Shown here: one piece after another, positions 56,363 through 64,000 of the stretch
Layout: every line of letters begins with the position of its first letter
Position numbering within the stretch: the stretch's first letter is position 1
NCBI GenBank assembly: GCA_030621085.1
Contig: JAUXIJ010000006.1
Coordinates: 3,499-67,498, forward strand
Source: Candidatus Cloacimonadota bacterium
GTDB lineage: Bacteria; Cloacimonadota; Cloacimonadia; Cloacimonadales; TCS61
DNA length: 64,000 nucleotides
Reading direction: 5' to 3'
Notes under the pieces: generated by a model
What the model was told of the DNA's origin: nothing
The model's database searches: none
The model's input: the letters and a program-made list of their open reading frames with translations, nothing else
Translations under genes and position numbers: made by a program

Positions 56363-57862
56363 TTAATAATCTGAGGATAGGTATTCCTGTTGTTCTTTAG
56401 ATTCTGTACTTTGATAGATATCATGTACTTTTCCTTCCCTGATGGAAAGAGCAGAAACAAGTTCCAATTCTGCCTTTTCGTGTAATTCACGAATATTTTT
56501 CACTCCGCATGTACTCATTGAAGATCTGATCTTAGCCAGTGTTTCTTCCAGATTATCCCGCAAACGACCGGCATATTCTACCATACCTTCCACACCTTCT
56601 ACAAATTTTGCCTGATTATAACGTTTCATCTTCCAGTCATGTGCTCTTATAGAACCTTCACCCCAATATGATTTCATTACGCGATTATTTACAACGATCT
56701 TATCGGTGGGAGATTCTTCCATCCTGGCAAAATAACGACCCATCATCACATAATCTGCTCCAAGTGCCAGGGCAATTGTAATATCTTTTGTACTGGTAAC
56801 ACCACCATCAGCAACTATCGGAATATATTTTCCTGTTTCCTTAAAATATTTATCACGTGCTTCAGCTACATCTATTACAGTTGTTGCAAGTCCTCGCCCG
56901 GTTCCCTTCTGTTCTTGAGTAATACAAATAGAACCGCCACCCATCCCAACCTTTACAGCTCCTGCTCCGGCTTCAACCAGGAATCTAAACCCTTCCTGTG
57001 TAATAATGTTCCCCCCAATAACAGGGATATCAGGATAACTTTTAGTGATCCACTCTATAGCATTCTTCTGATATACTGTAAATCCGTCTGAAGAATCGAT
57101 TGCCAGTACATCGACTTCTGCTTCTACAAGCGATGTAACTCTTTCTTCATAATCATGAGTATTTATGGATGCAACAGCCAATAAACGTTTTTTTTCGTCA
57201 TGTACTTCCAGGGGATTATCAAGCTGGTCATTGATATCCTTGCGAAAAACAAGATGCAATAATTTACCTTCATTATCCAGGATAGGTAGTACAGATTTAT
57301 GGCTTTCCAATAAGATATTATTTGCTTCTGTTAGATCTGTTATGTTTTTTGCCACCTTCACATTTTCAATAGGAATCATTCTGTCTTTAATAAAGAATTT
57401 TGCATGTAAAGAAATATCATAATCCCACTTGGATATCAATCCCAAGAAGATTCCATTTTCATCTACTACTGGAAAAGTAGAATGACCTGTATCCTTTCTG
57501 ATCTTGTTCATTTCTGAAATCGTCATATCCGGTTTCATAGTTTTGGGCTTAACAAAACCAGCTTTGTGAGTTTTTATTTTCTTAATTATCTTTGTTTGGG
57601 ATTCAATGGTTTGAGAACAATAGATAAAGGCAGTCCCACCCAGTTTTGCCAGTTCGATTCCCATTCTGGATCCGGAAACAGACTGCATAGCAGCAGAAAC
57701 AATAGGAATGTTAAGATAATATTTTTTTTCATCTTTTATGGAATATACGAGGGGGGTTCTAAGGGATATTTCTTTCGGGGAAGATTCCATTTTAGTTAAT
57801 CCTGGTAGTAAACGATATTCCATTAAAGTTCTGGAAGGTTCATGAATAATATTTTTTGCCAT
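56363..57862 (-). CDS. guaB: IMP dehydrogenase with CBS pair
   Basis: Has PIVSAAMQSV, a CBS insert, GMGGGSICITQE (catalytic Cys loop) and GGVTSTKDI. Confidence 0.9.
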   Translation of the reverse strand: MAKNIIHEPSRTLMEYRLLPGLTKMESSPKEISLRTPLVYSIKDEKKYYLNIPIVSAAMQSVSGSRMGIELAKLGGTAFIYCSQTIESQTKIIKKIKTHKAGFVKPKTMKPDMTISEMNKIRKDTGHSTFPVVDENGIFLGLISKWDYDISLHAKFFIKDRMIPIENVKVAKNITDLTEANNILLESHKSVLPILDNEGKLLHLVFRKDINDQLDNPLEVHDEKKRLLAVASINTHDYEERVTSLVEAEVDVLAIDSSDGFTVYQKNAIEWITKSYPDIPVIGGNIITQEGFRFLVEAGAGAVKVGMGGGSICITQEQKGTGRGLATTVIDVAEARDKYFKETGKYIPIVADGGVTSTKDITIALALGADYVMMGRYFARMEESPTDKIVVNNRVMKSYWGEGSIRAHDWKMKRYNQAKFVEGVEGMVEYAGRLRDNLEETLAKIRSSMSTCGVKNIRELHEKAELELVSALSIREGKVHDIYQSTESKEQQEYLSSDY

Positions 57863-57913
57863 TATTACTCCTGATCAATTAACCACAAAACCAGATTGAA
57901 AATAATTCATGGT

Positions 57914-58372
57914 TCATTTCTTTATCTTCACTTCATCAATTAAATATTTCTTCTCACAATAATGACATCTTACTTTCACAGGTTCATCTTTTGTCAAACG
58001 GAATTTTGATTTAATATCCTCAGAATTTGTAATACATTTGGGATTAGGACAAACTATCAGGTTCTCAATATATTCCGGTATTTCTAATGATACTTTTTTT
58101 ACTACCCCGAAATCATTAATTATAGTGAGTGTAGCATTGGGAGCTACAAGGGCAATACTGTTCACTTCATTGTGAGAAAGTTCTTTATTTTCAATTTTTA
58201 CAATATCTTTCCTATTTAATTTCTTGCTTGAAAGATTCATGCCAACCATCACTATTTCCTTACCATCCAATTCAAGAATATCCAATACTTTCCTAACCTT
58301 TCCTGCTGTAATATGGTCGATCACCGTTCCATTTCTGATAGCATTAACTTTGATTTGTTTAATCCGACTCAT
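57914..58372 (-). CDS. pyrI: aspartate carbamoyltransferase regulatory subunit
   Basis: Has VNAIRNGTVIDHI and zinc-domain cysteines CPNPKCITN..CHYCEK. Confidence 0.9.
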   Translation of the reverse strand: MSRIKQIKVNAIRNGTVIDHITAGKVRKVLDILELDGKEIVMVGMNLSSKKLNRKDIVKIENKELSHNEVNSIALVAPNATLTIINDFGVVKKVSLEIPEYIENLIVCPNPKCITNSEDIKSKFRLTKDEPVKVRCHYCEKKYLIDEVKIKK

Positions 58373-59275
58373 TTACACCTCCCCTAATAAAGTAGAAATA
58401 ATAGCCTGTCGTGTATAAACTCCATTTTTTGCCTGCGGAAAATAGTAAGCAAATTCTGTATTATCAACATCTGTATGGATTTCGTCGACCCTGGGCAATG
58501 GATGCATGACCTTGAAATTTTCTTTAACATTAGAAAGCATCGTTTTTTCCAGGATATATGAACCTTTCACTTTTTCATAATCCTCCGGATCAGCAAAACG
58601 TTCCTTCTGAACTCTGGTAACGTAAAGAATATCCAAATCATCTATGTTACCTTCCATATTTTCATACTCTTCAAATTTAACTCCCTGTAATTTCAGGTCA
58701 TCTTTAATGTATTGGGGCATTTTCAAAAAAGAAGGAGATATGAATTTGAATTTGACATTAAATAGAGCCATTGCCTGTGCCAGCGAGTGAACTGTCCTGC
58801 CAAATCTCAGATCACCTGCCAATCCAATCGATAAGTTTTCTAAAGTTCCCTGTGTTTTAACGATAGAATACAAATCGAGAAGCGCCTGGGTTGGATGCTG
58901 GTTAGCTCCATCTCCTGCATTTACAACCGGAATATCTACAATTTCGGAAGCAAAGCGTGCAGAACCTTCGATCGAACTTCTCATGATAATGATATCTGAA
59001 TATTGAGCGATAGTTTGCAAAGTATCTGCAAATGTTTCACCTTTTTTCACAGAAGTTTGACCTGTTCCACTCATAATGATCGTGTCACCATTCATACGTT
59101 TCATAGCCGTATCGAAAGAGAACATTGTTCTAGTGGACGGCTCAAAGAATAAAAGTGCAGCCAGTTTCCTCTGCATATCCGGAACGATTTTTCCTTCCTC
59201 GATCTTGCTGGCAATGTTCATCAAATGTAAAATTTCTTTCTTACTTAAATCTCTCATTGAGATCAGGTTTTTCAT
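58373..59275 (-). CDS. pyrB: aspartate carbamoyltransferase catalytic subunit
   Basis: Has FFEPSTRT, HPTQALLD and HPLPR. Confidence 0.9.
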   Translation of the reverse strand: MKNLISMRDLSKKEILHLMNIASKIEEGKIVPDMQRKLAALLFFEPSTRTMFSFDTAMKRMNGDTIIMSGTGQTSVKKGETFADTLQTIAQYSDIIIMRSSIEGSARFASEIVDIPVVNAGDGANQHPTQALLDLYSIVKTQGTLENLSIGLAGDLRFGRTVHSLAQAMALFNVKFKFISPSFLKMPQYIKDDLKLQGVKFEEYENMEGNIDDLDILYVTRVQKERFADPEDYEKVKGSYILEKTMLSNVKENFKVMHPLPRVDEIHTDVDNTEFAYYFPQAKNGVYTRQAIISTLLGEV

Positions 59276-59290
59276 ATTTGCTCCTTTAAG

Positions 59291-60667
59291 TTAATTTCTT
59301 TTCTCATATTCTTTCCAGGCTCTTTCTCGATATATTTTAGCAATTTCACCCGGATTTTCATTCCCATAGATTCCACGTCCTACAATAATGCAATCTGCAC
59401 CACCCTGAACAGCTTCTTCCACTGTGATGTATTGTTGTCCCATGGAATCCGAACCCTTTTCCAATTTTACACCTGGCATAAGTAACAACATTCCCGATGG
59501 GAATTTTGCTTTGTAACATTTAATATCTTCAACGTTTTTTCCATGCCCTATAAAACCAGATACTAGCATTGGATTTCTTCTAGCAATTTCAAAACATTTA
59601 CGAGAATACGTCTCATTTATCAAATTACCCTTGGAACTCATTCGTGCTAAAATGAACGAACTCCTACCCTCGATCCCGTCAAAAAGACCCTTCAGAATGC
59701 TTTCACCTGCTACCATATGAACTGTAACATATTCTGCCCAATCTGCGATTTTGTATATTCCGCTGCGGAACTGTTTACGGACTGTGTTTCCAATGTCAGC
59801 AAACTTACGGTCTTCAAAGATGAGAAAATCGTACTTGCGTGCATATTCCTGCAGTTTGGAAACAAAATTCTCATCGTAGTCATCCAAAATGTCTACGTGT
59901 GTCTTTAGCATTACAATTTCAGGACCAACTTCATCCAATATTTCAAAAAATTCTTTTTGAGAAGTAACATCCAATGAAAGAACAAGGTTAGATCTTTTCT
60001 CTTTGATTTTTGCCAAAAGTTTTTTTGTTAATGGATTGGAAATTTCTTTTTCCTCTTGTTTTGGTTTTGAAATACTTGCAGTGAAATCATTAACTTCTTT
60101 TACTTTTTCATCTGAAATCAAATTCTTATTTTGCAGTAATTCCAGAATCTCATTCAGATTTATCATACTGTGAAGCTTATAACCTTGCTTTGCTAATTCT
60201 TCTGTTCCGTTTGCACTTCTATCTATCACCACCACGAAATCTTTAATGATAACGCCTTCTTTTTCATAAGACTCCGCAGTTTCAATCTTGCTTGTTCCGG
60301 TTGTTATCAGGTCGTCTATCACCAGACATTTTTCTCCTTCTTTGAACTTGCCAATGATGTTCTTTCCTGTACCGTAAGATTTTTCTTCTTTGCGCATATA
60401 CACCAGAGACTTTTTCAGTTTGAAAGCAACCAGCGATGCTATGGGAAGTGCTGTGTATGGAATTCCCGTTAATACATCGAATTCCATATCTTTGATCTTT
60501 TCAACCAGCAGGTCGGAAACACCATCCAGAAGCTCAGGATAGGAAATCATATCCCGTAAATCAAAATAGAATGGTGAAACTAATCCGCTTTTTAATGTGA
60601 AGCTACCGAATTTTATTGCTCCTATTCTTTGAAGTTCCAGAATAAATTGTTCTTTTGTCATTTTCAC
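59291..60667 (-). CDS. pyrEF: orotate phosphoribosyltransferase fused to OMP decarboxylase (UMPS-like order)
   Basis: The N-terminal part has CLVIDDLITTGTS (PRPP motif). The C-terminal part has NLVLSLDV..LKTHVD..FEDRKFADIGNTV, a eukaryote-type OMPdecase motif. Confidence 0.9.
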   Translation of the reverse strand: MKMTKEQFILELQRIGAIKFGSFTLKSGLVSPFYFDLRDMISYPELLDGVSDLLVEKIKDMEFDVLTGIPYTALPIASLVAFKLKKSLVYMRKEEKSYGTGKNIIGKFKEGEKCLVIDDLITTGTSKIETAESYEKEGVIIKDFVVVIDRSANGTEELAKQGYKLHSMINLNEILELLQNKNLISDEKVKEVNDFTASISKPKQEEKEISNPLTKKLLAKIKEKRSNLVLSLDVTSQKEFFEILDEVGPEIVMLKTHVDILDDYDENFVSKLQEYARKYDFLIFEDRKFADIGNTVRKQFRSGIYKIADWAEYVTVHMVAGESILKGLFDGIEGRSSFILARMSSKGNLINETYSRKCFEIARRNPMLVSGFIGHGKNVEDIKCYKAKFPSGMLLLMPGVKLEKGSDSMGQQYITVEEAVQGGADCIIVGRGIYGNENPGEIAKIYRERAWKEYEKRN

Positions 60668-60687
60668 TCCTGTTTCTATTTATCAGC

Positions 60688-61233
60688 TTATTTTTTTTGA
60701 TTATTTATACTTTTCCCATCTTTCAATTTAAAATTAAGCAATTCTTTTATATTACTTATTAAAATAGTAACCAGAATAATTTGATATATGAATATAATTA
60801 AGAAAACAGTGAATTCAACAAACAAAACTTTATGTATAAGATAAGATAACATCAAACATAAAGTATTTATTATAATTCCTACACCAAGCCAAATCGTAGA
60901 CTTCGTTATTATAGGTTTAAGAATGTTAATTGTTTTCTCTGCATGAATCCAACTTCTTAATAAAGGTTTGCAATAATCATTATAAGTATTGTAATTTTCT
61001 TCTTTTTCATTTAGTTTCATATCTTCAAGTTCTTGAACTTTGAGTGAATTTATACCACCTCGATCTCCTCGACCTCTTGGTTCTAGAAGTCCGCTTTTAA
61101 TGTATTCAATTTTTGATTGCAAATTCTGAATTCTGAAAATCCCAAAAACACCGACGATGGCAATTATCGCAGCATTTGCTTGTAATAATGCTGAAAACAG
61201 ATACAATCCTGTACTATCACTAAATAGTTCCAT
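60688..61233 (-). CDS. 181-aa membrane protein, unknown function
   Basis: One N-terminal and two C-terminal hydrophobic helices. Overlaps the pyrC 3' end by 14 nt. No motif recognised. Confidence 0.45.
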   Translation of the reverse strand: MELFSDSTGLYLFSALLQANAAIIAIVGVFGIFRIQNLQSKIEYIKSGLLEPRGRGDRGGINSLKVQELEDMKLNEKEENYNTYNDYCKPLLRSWIHAEKTINILKPIITKSTIWLGVGIIINTLCLMLSYLIHKVLFVEFTVFLIIFIYQIILVTILISNIKELLNFKLKDGKSINNQKK

Positions 61234-62521
61234 ATATCACCTCCTTCGACACATCCAATATCTTCCCATCCACAAATGTCATCATAACTTTTCCTTTTAC
61301 TTCTATTCCATCAAACGGTGAATATTTAGCTTTTGATCTGAAAGCTGATGCATTGATTTTCCATTTTTTATTTAAATCGATTACAGATAAATCTGCAAAA
61401 TTCCCAACTTTGATTTCTCCTCGTTTTTCCAATTGGAATATCTTTGCCGGATTATTACTCGTAAGCTCTATTAGTTTTTCAAGTTTCAAGTTCCCCTCAT
61501 TTACTTCATTAAGAAGAAGGAGTAAACAAGTTTCCAATCCGGGGAAACCGGATGGAGCTTTTTCATATTCCTGCTGTTTTTCTTCGATTGTATGCGGAGC
61601 GTGATCAGTTCCTATCGTATCGGCAATTCCATTATTTATTGCCTGCCAAAGGGCTGCGTTGTCCTTTTCAGATCGCAATGGAGGATTCACTTTCCCGATA
61701 TTTCCAACTTTTTCTAAAATCGATTCATTCAACAAAAGATGATGTGGAGTCACTTCGCAAAAAACCTGATTATTACATTTATATTTTTTTATTAATTCGA
61801 TCTCTTCAAATGTGGAAACGTGGGCAATATAGATTTTATTTCCAATAACTTCAGATAGTCTCAGAACAAGTTCCGTTCCTTTAATTGCGCATTGCCGGTT
61901 TCGTATTGCATTGTGTTTCAGGATGTTATTATAAGGTAATCTTTGTTGCCATTTATCCAGAAGTTCTTGAAGTTCAGTATGAATAACTACTACTTTATCG
62001 TATTGTTTAGCAAGCTCGAATACCTGCTTCAATATATCTTCATCTGTTACTGTTTCGTTAGAAACTGATCCTGCCAGGAAAACCTTGATTCCTGCAATAT
62101 CCGGAGCATTTTTATCCAGAATTTCCTCAATATCTTTTTGATTGGAATTTGTAGCTCCGATAAAAAACTTATAATTTACTAAACTCATTTCAGCAGCTTT
62201 TCTTTTGATATTCAGGTTTTTCAAATTTATAGTGGCAGGAAGTGTATTCGGCATATCAAAAATAGTTGTAACTCCACCTGCTAAAGCTGCCATTGAGGCT
62301 GTTTCCCAATCTTCTTTATAAGCTTGCTGCAGATCTCGAACGTGGACGTGAGCATCGATAACTCCTGGAATTACAAGATTGCCTTTGATATCGATTGTTT
62401 CATTAACCGTTCCGAAGGTCTCCGACTGTTCGGAAGGTTTGATATCAACGATCTTTCCTTCCTCAATAAGAATATTAGATAGACCTTCAATTAACAGGCA
62501 ATTTTTAAGAATAACACTCAT
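61220..62521 (-). CDS. pyrC: dihydroorotase
   Basis: Has VIDAHVHVRD, an amidohydrolase fold and GTDHAPH. Confidence 0.85.
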   Translation of the reverse strand: MSVILKNCLLIEGLSNILIEEGKIVDIKPSEQSETFGTVNETIDIKGNLVIPGVIDAHVHVRDLQQAYKEDWETASMAALAGGVTTIFDMPNTLPATINLKNLNIKRKAAEMSLVNYKFFIGATNSNQKDIEEILDKNAPDIAGIKVFLAGSVSNETVTDEDILKQVFELAKQYDKVVVIHTELQELLDKWQQRLPYNNILKHNAIRNRQCAIKGTELVLRLSEVIGNKIYIAHVSTFEEIELIKKYKCNNQVFCEVTPHHLLLNESILEKVGNIGKVNPPLRSEKDNAALWQAINNGIADTIGTDHAPHTIEEKQQEYEKAPSGFPGLETCLLLLLNEVNEGNLKLEKLIELTSNNPAKIFQLEKRGEIKVGNFADLSVIDLNKKWKINASAFRSKAKYSPFDGIEVKGKVMMTFVDGKILDVSKEVIYGTI

Positions 62522-63318
62522 TAATATTTTATCCTTTTCCCGCTAGCATCACGATGATATTTTCCAAATTCCGTAAGTTGTTCAACCAGTTTTTTCGGAA
62601 GAACAGGACCTTCCACACAAAGCCTTATACCTAAGGGATCCATTGTACAGTTACCGCAAATTCCAATCGCACATTTCATATAACGTTCTAATAGAAATTC
62701 ATACTCTACATTATCTAAAAGCGGTTGCAAAGCTTTCATCATCATTTCCGGACCTGATGCATAAACAAAGTCGAACATCTTCCCATTCTCTCGTTGATTA
62801 TTTAGCATTCTTTTTGCAACATCAACCGAAGTTCCTTTTTCTCCAAAAGAACCATCATCAGTTGTATTAATCACTTTAATTCCCAGTCCGTTAAATTTTT
62901 TTGAGAATAAGTGCTCATCTTTTGTTCGAGCTCCATTTATCAATGTAACTTCCGTCCCATTTTCCTTTAGAACTTTTGATAAAAAATAAAAAGTAGGAAC
63001 AGCATAACCTCCGCCCACAAGCAGAACTTTCCCTTTGGATATAAAAAAAGAGGAACCGTAAGCTCCTCTTATAGATACATAATCACCCACTCTTTTTTGG
63101 AAAAGGTGGGAAGTAAATTCACCAATTCTTTTTACAGTTATGGAAAATACATCTTCGGTACAATCAGAAATGGAGAATGGTTTTTCACCGCCTTCAAAAT
63201 CGGTGAGCATGATGAACTGACCGGGTTTTGCATTTAGTGAATATTTGAATGAATAAGTTTTTATATCGTCCGTTTCTGTTTCAATCTTGGCAATTTTCAA
63301 GGTTCTTCGATTATTCAT
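62521..63318 (-). CDS. pyrK: dihydroorotate dehydrogenase electron-transfer subunit
   Basis: FAD/NAD-binding ferredoxin-reductase-like fold with a C-terminal 2Fe-2S motif CAIGICGNC..C. Confidence 0.85.
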   Translation of the reverse strand: MNNRRTLKIAKIETETDDIKTYSFKYSLNAKPGQFIMLTDFEGGEKPFSISDCTEDVFSITVKRIGEFTSHLFQKRVGDYVSIRGAYGSSFFISKGKVLLVGGGYAVPTFYFLSKVLKENGTEVTLINGARTKDEHLFSKKFNGLGIKVINTTDDGSFGEKGTSVDVAKRMLNNQRENGKMFDFVYASGPEMMMKALQPLLDNVEYEFLLERYMKCAIGICGNCTMDPLGIRLCVEGPVLPKKLVEQLTEFGKYHRDASGKRIKY

Positions 63319-64000
63319 TCAACTTCTCCAGCTTCGGAATATCTTCAAGACTATCATAATTGCTCTTATTCATAAATTCGATGATCTCATCATTGATCTT
63401 ATTGAAAACTTCTACTCCACGATAATAAACGGCAGTACCAACTCCAACCAGTGTTGCACCTGCCATAATCATTTCAATTGCATCCTCTCCTATAGTCACT
63501 CCACCCATGCCAATTATTGGAATGTTTACAGCAGAATAGGTTTGATAGATCAGTTTAAGTGCTACCGGTTTAATACAGGGTCCGGAAAGTCCTCCAAATT
63601 TGTTGAACAATACTGGTTTCACCATTTTTGTATTAATTAACATTCCTGGTCCCACTGTATTTATCAGACAAAGCACATCTGCTCCGGCTTTTTCTGCAGC
63701 AAGAGCAATTTCAACAATATCATATACATTCGGAGATAATTTGACAATAATAGGAAGCCTAGAAATTTCTTTTACTGTTTTCACTATTTTAAAGACTTCA
63801 TCCTTTGATGCTGCCAGCGGTATTCCGAATTCATCAAATACATTCGGGCAGGAAAGATTTAATTCCAAGAAGTCACCTCTGGATTTATTAACATGTTTTG
63901 TCAGTTCGGAAAAGTCATCTGTATTGGTAGCAAAAACGCTCACAATAACAGGTGTATCGGAGCGTTCTTTGAACTGGTTTATCTCTGTAAGCCCATCCAT
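63311..64000 (-). CDS. pyrD: dihydroorotate dehydrogenase 1B catalytic subunit, N-terminus beyond window edge
   Basis: Has LELNLSCPNV, KLSPNV, GGLSGPCIKPVALK and IIGMGGV. About 85 aa are missing relative to B. subtilis PyrD as I recall it. Confidence 0.85.
   Translation of the reverse strand: MDGLTEINQFKERSDTPVIVSVFATNTDDFSELTKHVNKSRGDFLELNLSCPNVFDEFGIPLAASKDEVFKIVKTVKEISRLPIIVKLSPNVYDIVEIALAAEKAGADVLCLINTVGPGMLINTKMVKPVLFNKFGGLSGPCIKPVALKLIYQTYSAVNIPIIGMGGVTIGEDAIEMIMAGATLVGVGTAVYYRGVEVFNKINDEIIEFMNKSNYDSLEDIPKLEKLNE

Noticed and set aside
44880-61233. Low G+C as evidence that the 796-aa, 372-aa and 181-aa ORFs are horizontally acquired
   Set aside because: **Candidate ORFs, hand counts on single 60-nt lines**
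- 45001-45060: 14/60.
- 51601-51660: 14/60.
- 60781-60840: 12/60.

**Comparison lines**
- 49021-49080 in purL: 25/60.
- 16681-16740 in the TPR gene: 14/60.
- 17581-17640 in the VanZ-like gene: 16/60.

The TPR and VanZ-like genes are equally low, so composition tracks conservation level here. It is not usable as proof of foreign origin.
1-64000. Looked for CRISPR arrays, rRNA, tRNA, integrase/transposase genes, reverse transcriptases and toxin-antitoxin pairs
   Set aside because: I saw no regularly spaced direct repeats with unique spacers, no rRNA/tRNA signatures in any spacer, and no ORF with recombinase, RT or classic TA motifs.

Overview
AT-rich bacterial chromosomal segment with about 56 protein genes, nearly all on the minus strand. 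I saw no rRNA, tRNA or CRISPR array. A T9SS-type C-terminal sorting domain and a ribosomal protein THX gene hint at an FCB-superphylum-like anaerobe (inference only).

Left third:
- an operon of two PEP/pyruvate-binding (PPDK_N) paralogues plus a metallophosphoesterase, then gdh;
- a glycolipid-type envelope cluster (beta-barrel protein, GT2, NodB deacetylase, MprF-like flippase domain, radical-SAM/SPASM);
- two outer-membrane channel genes, one Tsx-like;
- recR-ybaB-rsmI and a Pat-type acetyltransferase;
- a tdh-acpS-acsA-acp-kbl threonine/acetyl-CoA locus.

Right two thirds: rho, a stand-alone EF-G, then a large minus-strand nucleotide-biosynthesis supercluster (guaA, purN, purD, purC-purE fusion, purH, purQ, purS-purL fusion, purM, guaB, pyrI, pyrB, pyrE-pyrF fusion, pyrC, pyrK, pyrD). 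Non-pathway genes interrupt it:
- a GIY-YIG gene bracketed by 26-bp inverted repeats;
- a KamA-like radical SAM gene;
- a translationally coupled pair: a 796-aa unknown protein with zinc ribbon plus PD-(D/E)xK-like C-terminus, and a class-V PLP enzyme;
- a Bro-N gene plus a 372-aa unknown;
- a T9SS-sorted transglutaminase-like protein and a small membrane protein.

Intergenic junctions carry several families of short GC-richer hairpin/word repeats, including a 113-bp palindromic element present twice around purC-purE. The longest gene-free stretch (23216-23787) is densely structured.

Best candidates for something undescribed:
- the 796-aa/PLP pair (43123-47270);
- the Bro-N/372-aa cassette (51126-52857);
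- the PPDK_N/NTase/phosphoesterase operon (1-5559);
- the structured non-coding region.

All functional calls rest on motif recognition by eye and remembered family sequences. No database search or folding program was available.
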